Shown piece after piece: positions 48,698 to 58,706 of a DNA stretch of 64,000 bases. The stretch is from a virus, in the IMG/VR virus record IMGVR_UViG_3300027852_000041, one strand, 5' to 3'. Below the pieces are notes generated by a model. The model saw only the letters and a list, made by a program, of their open reading frames with translations. It searched no databases and had not been told where the DNA came from. The translations under genes were made by a program, and so were the position numbers. Numbering within the stretch: position 1 is the first letter of the stretch; every line of letters starts with the position of its first letter.

Positions 48698-51600
48698 TTA
48701 ATAAATTTCTTTTCTTGTCCGCTTTTTTTTATAGAAAAACAAATGTTCAATTCCTTCGTCCATAGCTTTCTGCATATCTTTGTGAGCTAAATACCCCGGC
48801 ACAAAAAGAAGAAGAGAAGACCACGCCTCTTTCCTGTATTTTTTTATATTTCTTTTGTCCCCAACGCCTACAGCTTGCAAAAACTTGGCAAGAACGATGA
48901 GCTTGGAAGGAATAACCCCGATCCCGGTAGGAATAACACCGAGCAAAACAGTTTTTAAATAATCGTAATCAAAGTTTTTCGCTACAAAAGCCAATATCGC
49001 CCATTGGATAGCGGTTCTCGCAGCCTTATCTCCCTTTCTTTCTTTTACTGTTCTATGCATGTGGTCAAAATACCACATACACCAAGAGCTATACTGCCCC
49101 ATTAATTTTCCTGTAGGCGATTTAAAAAAAACAGGCAAGTCTATTCCGTATCCCCACTGTGTATTTGTGATAGCTTTCTCCCCCGCCCTTATTAAATCTT
49201 TATCGGAAGCATTCGGATTTCTTTTTTTGGCAACCATATACCCGGTAGCAAAAGCAGTTTTAACATTATCTACGTCAGCCGCTCGGTAAAATACCATCAT
49301 CGCGTCCCTGGCCTTGTCCCCGATATCGGTTATCCCTGAAATTTTTTCTTCCCAAACCTGATATTGTTTTTTCCTAATTTGCACTAAATCAGACAACTCC
49401 ATCGCTATTTTGACTTCCTGGTTCATCCGTCCAGCAGTTCTACCTTTGAGATAGGGGATTAGCTTATATTCATTAATAATAAGCCATTGCTGAAGTGCGT
49501 TTCTTATCCCAAGTTTAGGTCTCAGCCCCATAAAAGAAGAATAGTTCGCGCTTTGTAATTCATGAACAAAGGTACGATAAAGCCTTGGATTCTGGGAAAC
49601 ACTAATCCCTGCCTTTTTGAATATTTTTTGAGTTGTTTTTTCATTGGCAACTTCAATACCCCTCATTAGCCTCGAAATTGCAACATCTCCAACCTTCTCG
49701 TCTTTTGTCGGGTGTTTTTTAATAACTGTGTTAATCCAGCTTTGGGCGAAAGTCTTTTTTTGTTCATTAAACGAATCCAGAAGCGGCTGTATTTTTTCAA
49801 TAGCTTCTTCCCCGTATTTATGCCTGAACCCAACAGTTATGTAACTTTGCAACAACCGTAAAGAATCCTTTTCTGTCTTGGAAAGCTGCCCTGTTCTTGC
49901 GTGTTCAGCCCAAAAATCAAACTTTACCGCCCCCTGCGGAGAAAAAACCCAGTTGACAAGTTGAGTTTTATTCTTGAAAGATGGCCTTCGAGGGTTATAT
50001 TTCTCAATATAAGCTTCTATCTCAAAAACTTCCCAAAGATTATCATATATTTTTGACACGGCATTACTGGCACGTTTTTCTTCATTGCTTAACTTTTCCC
50101 CAGGCAATCTTCCTTCCCTGAACTCCGTTATTCTTCTTCTGCTGGCTTTCCCCAAACCTTTAAATATTTTTTTAGATTCTTCATATAAGGGATGGGAAGA
50201 TTCCTGAACCTTTAAAGCCATGTGCCTGAAAGGGGCTATAAATTTTTCTCCGAAAATCCTTTTAACCGGCGTAAAATAGGGAAAAATAACATCTTCTCCT
50301 GGCCGTATTTCATTAGTTATTTTAATAAACTCAACAATATCCTTAACCTCTGACTCTTTTAAGTAATCCCCTTTCTGGTACTGTAAGGCATAATCTATTA
50401 AATCAAGATCATCAACATCATAAATTCTAATAGCTCTTTCCAGTTTTTCTTTTGTCTTTTTTGAAATAGCAGCACTTTTATCAATTTCTTTAAAACTTTC
50501 AACGCCATGCAGTACTACTTTCTCTCTATCCATAATAAGAAGTTTTAATATGTCTGCTTCTTCCCTGTCTAATTCTTCTACCGTAGTCGCTTCTCTTGTG
50601 CTTGATCTAACAATATCGTCAATATCTGCCTTGGTTAAATTTTTCGATTCTGCGAGTTTATGAATTTCCTTAATATCTTTTCCGGTGATAGCCTCTCCTG
50701 CTTCTTCCCAATCTTTTATGGCCTTTCTTGTCTCTTTCCGTTCCTTTCTTTTGCTTATACCCTCGATAACTTCTTCGTAAACTGTCTGGACTTCCCGGCC
50801 TTTCTTTTTTAAGGCATCAATAACCGCACGGGCTTCTTTTATATCCATGCCGGCCATGCTTTTTATCTTGCCCAAAGCTTCAATTTTAGCGGCGTCAAGG
50901 TCTTCCTTAACAGGGGCAAGACGATGGGCGAGTGCCTTTAAGTGGTTGAGTTCTTTTTTCTCTTTTTTTGATAATGGTTTCTGTGGTTTTGCCCCCGGCT
51001 CTTTTTCAACAGCATATTTTACCCCAACCTTTTTCCCAGCTTTCTTAATCTTCCCCGTCTCAACAGCCCTTTTCCCTTTTGCCAACCACCCCATCAATTC
51101 AGAGTCAGTAACTTTGAAATTGAATCCCATCTTACGCAACCAGACTTTGATAGAGCGAAGTACACGCCTCATCAATGGCGTGTTATCGTTTATCTTAGCC
51201 ATACGCCCTAATTTTTCTTTTACGGCATCCCTGCGCCCTTTTGCGGTGTTTAAATCGAATTTGTAATCTTTGGCTACTTTATAGAGATTCGTGGCTGGAA
51301 CATCTTTCCCGGAGTCAAATATCGCTTTATCTTTTGCTATAAATGATTTCCATATCTGGTCGTAAAACTTTTTGCCTACTATTTTTTCAAGACCGGCATG
51401 GTTAAAGGTTTCATGTGCCAAAGTCTGGAGAGCGTCATCAACGCTTTTAAGATTCTTGCTAAGAAGAAAAACTGTATTTTCTTTTGAGTCATAGAAACCT
51501 TTGACAATTTTGCCTTCTTTCGCTTGCTGGCTAACTCTGTCTTGGTGTTGCAAAGGAAGCTCACTGATATCTTGCGCAACTTTGACGTGGGGCGTCACCC

Positions 51601-54600
51601 CTGCAACTTTTTTCCATCTGCTGATAATAGGATTAATGGCTTTGTTTATATCCGCAATCGGGGTTCCGGTAGCAGGTTTCTTTTTAGGCGAAACTACTGG
51701 CCTTGTCTCCAATGCAAATTGCGGCTCTGCTTTTTCTTCTTTTACCTCATACCCTTGATCAACCGCTTTTTTAATAGAAGTCTGGAAAGTGGTATATTTC
51801 CCTTTGAGTTTGAGAATATCCTTGGCGGCGTCAACTTTCAGAACCTTGAATTGCTTGCCTTTATAGGTTATCGTATCGCCTTTTTTGTAGGGGCGGGGAG
51901 GTTTTGTTGCGGCAGGCTTAGCAACTTCGGCAGGTTTTTCTTTGGCAACTTTTTTCTCTTTTTTTACTCCCGGCAATTCAGGTGCTTTCGGTTCTTTCTT
52001 TTTAAAAAGTTCGGTTTCTTCAATTGGTTTAGCCTTTCCATCAACTTTTATTCCGCCTTCAGGAAGTTTGGGCCGTCCTAAATCTACATCTAAAACTTGC
52101 TGAACTGGTTTTTCTTTTTTTTTCTTTTCTTTCTGGGCAACTAATTCAAGCCCAGCTTTTTCTGCTTTTAATTCTTCCTTCATTTCATCAAAAAAATCAT
52201 TCAGTTCTTTTATGTTTTCCGAGGGGATATTTTCCTCTGCCGCCATTTCGCTGACAACTTCTTTTTTAAGCTCGGCTTCAGCAATTTCTTTATCTCGTCT
52301 ATATTCTTCCGATTCTGTCCATTCTTTTCCATAAGCATCCTCCAACACTTTCCCGGATTTATATTGTCTTAAATTCTCATCTAATAAATTCCACAAATCA
52401 GTTATCGTACTATTTTCTTGAAGATATCCTTCCTCTTCAAGCCTTGAACGCAAGTCATCCGGTTTCCTTCCTGACTTCCTATTTACGAGACCAGGATAAC
52501 CACCCTCTTTAATGGAAAATTTTGTTTGTTCCCCCCTCGCATAATCGGGATGAATGCCACCTTCTCTCTTAACAAAAAGAAGAATTTCGGAACCAGCTTT
52601 TTCAGGAGGAGGTTCTTTTCTCGCTACTGTTGGTTTTTCAACAGCCTCCCCCTGCTTCTCTACTTCTTTCCACTCTATGGCTTCCCGGTAAAATTGCCCT
52701 CTTGTCGCTTCGTCAGACAACGCCTGCAAATCATCAGTAGACTTGTCTTTCTTCCCCCTCATCTCGGTGAAGCGTTCATTGCTTTCCTTTTTAAGCCGTG
52801 CCAATTCCCCCATCTGTTCAGGAGTGGCTTTCTTGCCGAACTCAAGAGCTTCGTTGGTTGACTTAAGTTCGGGAATGGCAGGGCGTTTTTCTTTGGCTTC
52901 AGCAACCTTCTTCTCTGCCGCAGGCAGTTCTTTTGTCTTCCCAACTATCTTCTTAAATTCCGGGAATTGCTTAACTAAATCTGGCCTGCTCTCAGCAATT
53001 CCTTTAACCATATTCGGCAAAGAACTGAGGGTGTGAGTATCAAGTTTTAAATCAGCAACATCAGTGCTGGGACCACGGACGATAATAGAACGAACATGCT
53101 CCGAAAATAATGGATTTTCCATTAAATCGGCTACAACAGAAGCAGGAAGATGATGCCGCCCACCATTAACATCCTTTATTCCCAACATTCTATCGCCATA
53201 TTTTTTAACCATTCCACGTAAATCATGTTCACCAGTAATATAAGAATCATAACCATGCTCAGGTTTTTTGTCCCACGGTACGATTCCCACCCCTGTCTCT
53301 TGCTTGGGAAGAATTTCTTTTGTTTCTGGTGCAATTATTTCTGACAATTTCTTGCCAGTTGGCTTGAAAAGAAGAAGTTCCTGGTCCGCTTTTGAAAGTT
53401 GGTCAAATAAAGAAAAAATTTGAGACACTGATTCTTTAGGATTTTTCTCGAAGTTTTCCGCATATCCAGGACTATCTTTTTTAAGCAACTCAATATTTCT
53501 TTTTACAACATCATTAAGCTGAGATTTTTCTTTGCTATTCGATAAGGTGTACATCAAATGCCCTATTTCATGCAAATAAGTCTTGTCTATTTCAGAAGCA
53601 TTAGGGTTAAGCCTTATCTTGCCTGTTTTGGTTACGGCTCCATCTTGGGACAATTCAAAAGTATGCGGTTTGTCAATTACAATCTCTTCGATGCCTACGT
53701 TTTTGGATAATTTTTCCGCAACCGGATTTTCAGATAAAGCAACTAATGTCTTTGTCGCCTGCGGTGAGGTAGGGAAGTTAAAGGTAGTTTTAATTTTCGT
53801 CGTAGGCTCTTCTACCTTCTTTTCTACTTTAGGGGCTAATTTGGGAAGTTTGGGGGCTTCCTGTGGAAGTTTTTCTTCTGCCGCTATCCTGGCTTTTATC
53901 GCAGGAGTTTCCGCTGCTATTTTTTGTCGTATTTTCTTTTCATGTTCGAGTTTAGCTTTCTCAAGCCTTGCTTCTCTTTCAAGTTTCCTTTCTTTCGCAA
54001 TTTCTTCTTCTGTTTTTTCTACAGGCTTAATGTATTCTTCACTAATTTTCTCTGGCAAAAATTCTGTTGGCTTTTTTACTTTTCTGCCAGAAATATCTTT
54101 CTTGGCTTTTATCCTTGGGGTTTCTTCTCTTATTTTTCGCCGTATTTTTTCCTCATGTTCCCGGTTTGCTCTTTCTAACCTTTCTTCTTTTTCTATCCTT
54201 CTTTCTTCAATTTTTCTTTCAGCAGTAGCTTTTTTTTCAGAGACCTCTTTGGCCCCTGCCACGCCCTTTAAGGTTTCCCCAAGTTTTATCCTTGCGGCTT
54301 TTAGCAAATCTTGCTGACGCTTGAGTATTTCTTGTCTTGCTTTGTCTTTCTGCGCTCTTGCTTCTTTTAATTTTTTGGCAATAAGAATTTCTGCTTTTCT
54401 TATTTGCTTTCTCTTTGATTGTACTCTCGATGTGTTGGCTTGCCCCATGCCAGCACCTAATAAAGCAAGAGGTAAGACAACAGTCCCTTCGTAAGCACCT
54501 TCCTTTAAAGCTTCAGGCAACTCGCTTAAAAAAGTATCAAGATTTGTAAGCATTTTTTTATCAGGATTCAAAGCAAAAAGATTTGTAAAAGCTTCTGGAA

Positions 54601-55582
54601 TCGCTTGCGCTGTTTCTGTTAACCATTCCGTTCCGCCTGCTTCCACCATTCTTCTAATCTTTTGAATCAAATTTTTTTGTGGTTTCCATGCTTTCATTAT
54701 TTTGGAAACCCCTAACCCCTCCAAGCTACTTTGGGTTAACGCATTTACTAAAGAATAAATAAAAGCACGTTCCGGTTTTGCCCCTTCTTCCCTTAGAGAC
54801 AAATATTGCGACCCCATAATTTGGGAACCAATAAAACTTATCCCAAGAGCAGGGTTAAGAATGCTTGACCCAATCAATGCCCCAAATTGTGGAATTTGGC
54901 CAAAAACATCTTCAAGCCACCCAGAACTTGTTTTGTATTTTTCAGGAATTTGCAGTGCCTTAGATTGTATTGTTTTTCCCAACAGTGGCTTAATATCATA
55001 TTGCTGGCCTATTGCTCCCGGACGTGGCTCAAGAGGTTGTATCGCAGTCTCATCATATTGCTGGCCTATTGCCGCTGTTTCAGGAGGCATTACCCCTCTC
55101 TCTTCATACAGTGTACCCCTTGTGCGCTTTTCCCTTAAAGATTCTTGAGCTTCGATACCTCCCAAAATAGAACCCAAAGCTCCGGTGGCTATTCTTTTTG
55201 TTTCTGCTCCTATTCTCCCAGCAACTCTGCCTAAAGTTAAATCAGGAGTTTTCGGCTCAAGCTCTGATAAATCAATTCCAGTTTCCTCGTATATCCCCGG
55301 CCTTATCTCCTCAAACCCATAGACGACACCATCTTCCTCATATGTCTCAGGAGTTTTCGGGTTAAGCATTGAATACTGCGCCTGCACAAAATTATTTTTT
55401 ACTTTCGCCTGTTTTTCAGCAGGGAATGCCTTAAACGCATCATCAGAATAATATTCGTCAAAATGGCCATGAAGAGCTTTTTCTTTCTGGTCGGGAGGAA
55501 GAACCCGAAATTCTTCATCTTGTTCCCATTCTTGGAGAATATTGTCTTCTTCTTCCCCTATGTTCTGTTGTGGTATTGGCAT
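48698..55582 (-). CDS. Giant (2294-aa) polyvalent virion/ejection-type protein with two HExxH motifs and a C-terminal membrane-active region
   Basis: HEIGH at nt 53558..53572 and HETFNH at nt 51398..51415. A long K/E-rich region contains an internal duplication. The C-terminus is hydrophobic (AILAFVAKNF...GVIPTGIGVIPSKLIVLAKFLQAVGVG). Its position after the smaller internal-protein-like genes follows T7 gp14-16 logic. Confidence 0.7.
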   Translation of the reverse strand: MPIPQQNIGEEEDNILQEWEQDEEFRVLPPDQKEKALHGHFDEYYSDDAFKAFPAEKQAKVKNNFVQAQYSMLNPKTPETYEEDGVVYGFEEIRPGIYEETGIDLSELEPKTPDLTLGRVAGRIGAETKRIATGALGSILGGIEAQESLREKRTRGTLYEERGVMPPETAAIGQQYDETAIQPLEPRPGAIGQQYDIKPLLGKTIQSKALQIPEKYKTSSGWLEDVFGQIPQFGALIGSSILNPALGISFIGSQIMGSQYLSLREEGAKPERAFIYSLVNALTQSSLEGLGVSKIMKAWKPQKNLIQKIRRMVEAGGTEWLTETAQAIPEAFTNLFALNPDKKMLTNLDTFLSELPEALKEGAYEGTVVLPLALLGAGMGQANTSRVQSKRKQIRKAEILIAKKLKEARAQKDKARQEILKRQQDLLKAARIKLGETLKGVAGAKEVSEKKATAERKIEERRIEKEERLERANREHEEKIRRKIREETPRIKAKKDISGRKVKKPTEFLPEKISEEYIKPVEKTEEEIAKERKLEREARLEKAKLEHEKKIRQKIAAETPAIKARIAAEEKLPQEAPKLPKLAPKVEKKVEEPTTKIKTTFNFPTSPQATKTLVALSENPVAEKLSKNVGIEEIVIDKPHTFELSQDGAVTKTGKIRLNPNASEIDKTYLHEIGHLMYTLSNSKEKSQLNDVVKRNIELLKKDSPGYAENFEKNPKESVSQIFSLFDQLSKADQELLLFKPTGKKLSEIIAPETKEILPKQETGVGIVPWDKKPEHGYDSYITGEHDLRGMVKKYGDRMLGIKDVNGGRHHLPASVVADLMENPLFSEHVRSIIVRGPSTDVADLKLDTHTLSSLPNMVKGIAESRPDLVKQFPEFKKIVGKTKELPAAEKKVAEAKEKRPAIPELKSTNEALEFGKKATPEQMGELARLKKESNERFTEMRGKKDKSTDDLQALSDEATRGQFYREAIEWKEVEKQGEAVEKPTVARKEPPPEKAGSEILLFVKREGGIHPDYARGEQTKFSIKEGGYPGLVNRKSGRKPDDLRSRLEEEGYLQENSTITDLWNLLDENLRQYKSGKVLEDAYGKEWTESEEYRRDKEIAEAELKKEVVSEMAAEENIPSENIKELNDFFDEMKEELKAEKAGLELVAQKEKKKKEKPVQQVLDVDLGRPKLPEGGIKVDGKAKPIEETELFKKKEPKAPELPGVKKEKKVAKEKPAEVAKPAATKPPRPYKKGDTITYKGKQFKVLKVDAAKDILKLKGKYTTFQTSIKKAVDQGYEVKEEKAEPQFALETRPVVSPKKKPATGTPIADINKAINPIISRWKKVAGVTPHVKVAQDISELPLQHQDRVSQQAKEGKIVKGFYDSKENTVFLLSKNLKSVDDALQTLAHETFNHAGLEKIVGKKFYDQIWKSFIAKDKAIFDSGKDVPATNLYKVAKDYKFDLNTAKGRRDAVKEKLGRMAKINDNTPLMRRVLRSIKVWLRKMGFNFKVTDSELMGWLAKGKRAVETGKIKKAGKKVGVKYAVEKEPGAKPQKPLSKKEKKELNHLKALAHRLAPVKEDLDAAKIEALGKIKSMAGMDIKEARAVIDALKKKGREVQTVYEEVIEGISKRKERKETRKAIKDWEEAGEAITGKDIKEIHKLAESKNLTKADIDDIVRSSTREATTVEELDREEADILKLLIMDREKVVLHGVESFKEIDKSAAISKKTKEKLERAIRIYDVDDLDLIDYALQYQKGDYLKESEVKDIVEFIKITNEIRPGEDVIFPYFTPVKRIFGEKFIAPFRHMALKVQESSHPLYEESKKIFKGLGKASRRRITEFREGRLPGEKLSNEEKRASNAVSKIYDNLWEVFEIEAYIEKYNPRRPSFKNKTQLVNWVFSPQGAVKFDFWAEHARTGQLSKTEKDSLRLLQSYITVGFRHKYGEEAIEKIQPLLDSFNEQKKTFAQSWINTVIKKHPTKDEKVGDVAISRLMRGIEVANEKTTQKIFKKAGISVSQNPRLYRTFVHELQSANYSSFMGLRPKLGIRNALQQWLIINEYKLIPYLKGRTAGRMNQEVKIAMELSDLVQIRKKQYQVWEEKISGITDIGDKARDAMMVFYRAADVDNVKTAFATGYMVAKKRNPNASDKDLIRAGEKAITNTQWGYGIDLPVFFKSPTGKLMGQYSSWCMWYFDHMHRTVKERKGDKAARTAIQWAILAFVAKNFDYDYLKTVLLGVIPTGIGVIPSKLIVLAKFLQAVGVGDKRNIKKYRKEAWSSLLLFVPGYLAHKDMQKAMDEGIEHLFFYKKKRTRKEIY

Positions 55583-55593
55583 GTTTGCCCTCT

Positions 55594-56853
55594 TTAATCG
55601 AGATACTTACGATAAGATTTTTTCTTTATTTTTTCGCCTTCACCCTCTGTTTCCAATGGTTCTACACCGACAAAATCATACGTAGCGAAAATATCATATA
55701 ACTGCTCTTTGCCAGTTAATTCTTTCAATTTGGCTTTCAGCCCGTATGGTCTTAATTTTGAGTTTAAATTTTCAACCTCTTCTTCGTCTAAGCCTTCACC
55801 AATGCCAAAATCACGGATAATTGCTTCAACATTTTTATCCATTTGATGTTGCTGATATGGCGTAAACTTTTCTTTCGGGGGCTTGATTTCTTTCACAGGC
55901 TTGGTTATTTTCAGCGGCGGGGTTCCTTTCGGCAAGGCTTCCCCGAAAAGATTATGCCTCGCATGTAGTCTGCCGGCCGCAAGAGAAACCCCAAAAGTTT
56001 TCGCTAAACCTTGAGCAGTTTTTAAAAGAGTCAGTTTGTCTATTTTTTTATCACCATAGTCTTTGCCATATAGCGTGTTTATCAACTTTACCGGGTCTTT
56101 TATGTTATACTTTATCGCAAAAGTAAACAATTCGGCTCTTTGTTTCTTGTCTTTAGGGTCTGCCCCGGTAGCAAGAATCCCCTGGATGGTTGACAACATT
56201 TTCTTTTTATCTTTTTGTTTTTGGACATACTCATATAAAGCAAGTTCTTCTTTGTTTAGCGACATCGGATTTTGTGATTGTACCGCTTCCGCAAGTCTAG
56301 CAAGCCCTTCCTTGTCTTCTCTCGCAGTTTCTTCTCTTTTAATCCGTGCTTTTGTTGTTTCTCTCGCCTCAGTGATATCACCTTCAGCTTGTATTTTTCT
56401 CTGTGCTTTTTCTCCCTGGGTAGGATATGTGAAAGGCTCAAATCTTGGCTGCCGGGGAATTTCTTCAAAGCCCCCTTGCGAAGTAGGCAAGACAATATTA
56501 GGAACTGCCGAGGCTTGGGGAGAAGTAAAGGTTCCGGTTCTGCCTAACATTCTCCCAAACTCCGGGAAATTATCCACTCTTCCCCCGACTGCCTGCAAAT
56601 GCTTTTCCTGATAAGCGGCTTTCTCCATGTCCCGTTCGTATTGTTGCTCTTCCATTTCCTGAACTTTTTTTTGAAGCTCTTTTTCCCTCATAGTTTTGAA
56701 CAATTCATCTATTTTGCTACGACGGGCAGCTTCTTTTTTAAACCCGCCTCCGAGAGCATACCCTATTGTTGCCCAAGGGCTTCTCCCTGGGTCAGGTCTT
56801 TGAGACTGCTGTTGCAATAATTGTGCTATTTGCTGTTCTTCTATTGATGGCAT
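55594..56853 (-). CDS. Internal virion protein candidate
   Basis: 419 aa, charged and coiled. It lies directly upstream of the giant gene. Confidence 0.45.
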   Translation of the reverse strand: MPSIEEQQIAQLLQQQSQRPDPGRSPWATIGYALGGGFKKEAARRSKIDELFKTMREKELQKKVQEMEEQQYERDMEKAAYQEKHLQAVGGRVDNFPEFGRMLGRTGTFTSPQASAVPNIVLPTSQGGFEEIPRQPRFEPFTYPTQGEKAQRKIQAEGDITEARETTKARIKREETAREDKEGLARLAEAVQSQNPMSLNKEELALYEYVQKQKDKKKMLSTIQGILATGADPKDKKQRAELFTFAIKYNIKDPVKLINTLYGKDYGDKKIDKLTLLKTAQGLAKTFGVSLAAGRLHARHNLFGEALPKGTPPLKITKPVKEIKPPKEKFTPYQQHQMDKNVEAIIRDFGIGEGLDEEEVENLNSKLRPYGLKAKLKELTGKEQLYDIFATYDFVGVEPLETEGEGEKIKKKSYRKYLD

Positions 56854-56888
56854 TTTAAGCCTCCATTTTTGTCTATTTATTGCTTTCC

Positions 56889-57347
56889 CTACAAAGTAGA
56901 CGCCCAGCCTGCTCCCATTTGCCCCGCCGCTTGTGGCAACCCACTCATCATGGAATACCCAAGCCCGGCGCCGGAAGAATTCCCACCTCCACCAAACATG
57001 CCTGTCATCCCTGATATAGCCAAGCGCCGTCTTTCTTCTTCCATAGCCTTCGCTTTTAAATAGGCGTTTGCTATATTTGAAAGATACGACCTGTCGAGTT
57101 TTGACTGCTCATATCCTGCTAACCCAGAGCCGTGGGATAAACCCCTTAATGCTAAATTTTGTTCCATCCCTCTCTGCCTCCCGGCTCTTTGAGTTTGCAT
57201 CCCTGACAAAAGGTCGCCCAACAAAGAATTATAATATTGAGGGCTGAAAATTTTGGCATAATAAGGGTCTATAATGCCTTTATATTCATCCGGGGTTTTT
57301 TCGTAGGGAGTATAGGTTTTTGACTTGCTTGAAGAAAAGATACTCAT
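56889..57347 (-). CDS. Gly-rich internal virion protein candidate
   Basis: Start moved to MSIFSSSK (RBS AGGAGGAATAACATG). The C-terminus is GGGGNSSGAGLGYSMMSGLPQAAGQMGAGW. Confidence 0.45.
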   Translation of the reverse strand: MSIFSSSKSKTYTPYEKTPDEYKGIIDPYYAKIFSPQYYNSLLGDLLSGMQTQRAGRQRGMEQNLALRGLSHGSGLAGYEQSKLDRSYLSNIANAYLKAKAMEEERRRLAISGMTGMFGGGGNSSGAGLGYSMMSGLPQAAGQMGAGWASTL

Positions 57348-57348
57348 G

Positions 57349-57567
57349 TTATTCCTCCTGTTCTGCTTTTTTGGATTTTTCAACAGCCTTGATTTCGGCG
57401 TGTACTTTTTTCAACTCTTCTTGCGTATTGTCAAAAGCTACCTGCAAAAGCTGGGCCTGAAATTTTATTCTTCCTATTCGCTCTGAGTAAAGTTCTACTT
57501 TTAGTTTTAGTGTCTCGATACTATCGCTCACTTTTGCCACCTGTTTCTCTAAAATAATGTTTTTCAT
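57349..57567 (-). CDS. Small coiled-coil protein
   Basis: Start moved to MKNIILEK (RBS GGTGGAG). 72 aa. Confidence 0.45.
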   Translation of the reverse strand: MKNIILEKQVAKVSDSIETLKLKVELYSERIGRIKFQAQLLQVAFDNTQEELKKVHAEIKAVEKSKKAEQEE

Positions 57568-57578
57568 AACTCCACCAT

Positions 57579-58697
57579 CTAAACAAGACAAAGAAATCTA
57601 TAATTTGTCCCACTTAAATTGATAACTGCGGTATGAGTAGCTACCGGCGTTTCGGCGGTTGGAGTTATGTCTATTCTAAGCCCGTCCATTTGAACAGTTC
57701 CATTTATATTTGCCCCGGTATCTTTTATATAATATGTTCCGGTAGCCCCGTCTAAATTGATAGGTTTTCCGGAAAGCACTCTGATAGCAGTGGTAGCACT
57801 GGCATCAAGCTCAGTCAAGTTTAACCCATGTTCAAATTTACCTTTGATATTAAGCCCATATCTACAAAGCTGTGCCCCGGTTGACTGGATAATCCCACCG
57901 TCAAAATAATGCCCGGCATCAGCGGCAACTACGGTTTCCTTTCTCACCACAAAATTGAAAAGGTTCCCGCCTTTTTTAACAGTTGTCCCTGCGATAACAT
58001 CAATAGTCGATTCCATAAAAGAGTAATAACCACAGGTATCTGACAGCCCTGTTCTTCCTACCAGCAATGCCCCACCGAAAATCTGCCCTTCGTTATAGTC
58101 GTCCCCTCCGCTATCGGCATCGCCTAACTCCATATTCCCAATAAAAGAGTGTGCTGAACCATCCCCTGTTTTATACACAGCATCGTAATGAGAATATTGA
58201 TAAGTTTGCCCTACCCCGAGGCCAACCCCGTCAGTAAAGTGGGATTCTGTCCTATGGCAAGCCTGACTTTTTGACTCATTGTAGGTTATTTTACTGTTAT
58301 GGAGCCAGTTTGCTGTTTCGGAGGAAACCGTAATGTCTTGTCTGGCAAAGCCGGTATCCCCGTCGATTACATATTTTTCACTCCCCAACATCCCGGAATA
58401 AAGCTTTAAACTCGCCCCACCTCTCAGATAAACATCTCTATTGCTGGCAGGAGCAACGTAGGTTGTTTCATTTTCCCACAAAGAACTGACATTCGGGGTG
58501 CTGACAGTAACAGTATCGCCGGAAGTATCAACATCAATCCCGTCGCCACCTGTGAAAGAAACCGGGCCGGTTAAATCATTTAAGGACTTAACCAAATCTT
58601 CTGCGTTTTCAATTTTCTTTAAATGCTGGTAAACATCTTCAAAAAGTCTATTTACGCCGGTGATATCTAAATTTGTGAGTTTAAAAGGTCGTAACAT
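57579..58697 (-). CDS. Tail fibre/spike-like protein
   Basis: 372 aa. Gly/Thr/Ser-rich beta-type composition. Confidence 0.5.
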   Translation of the reverse strand: MLRPFKLTNLDITGVNRLFEDVYQHLKKIENAEDLVKSLNDLTGPVSFTGGDGIDVDTSGDTVTVSTPNVSSLWENETTYVAPASNRDVYLRGGASLKLYSGMLGSEKYVIDGDTGFARQDITVSSETANWLHNSKITYNESKSQACHRTESHFTDGVGLGVGQTYQYSHYDAVYKTGDGSAHSFIGNMELGDADSGGDDYNEGQIFGGALLVGRTGLSDTCGYYSFMESTIDVIAGTTVKKGGNLFNFVVRKETVVAADAGHYFDGGIIQSTGAQLCRYGLNIKGKFEHGLNLTELDASATTAIRVLSGKPINLDGATGTYYIKDTGANINGTVQMDGLRIDITPTAETPVATHTAVINLSGTNYRFLCLV

Positions 58698-58706
58698 TTT
58701 GTAACC

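Noticed and set aside
49059-55148. Many antisense ORFs inside the giant gene, for example 53583..54317 (244 aa) and 51524..52081 (185 aa).
   Set aside because: They are low-complexity S/F/L-rich mirror images of the K/E-rich coding strand, with no RBSs.
48698-55582. Possibility that the giant protein is a virion-packaged RNA polymerase (crAss/N4-like), which would fit hairpin promoters.
   Set aside because: I found no DxDGD-type double-psi-beta-barrel motif or T7-like polymerase motifs by eye. The two HExxH motifs and K/E-rich linkers fit a polyvalent ejection protein better. Only profile or structure searches can exclude the polymerase idea fully.
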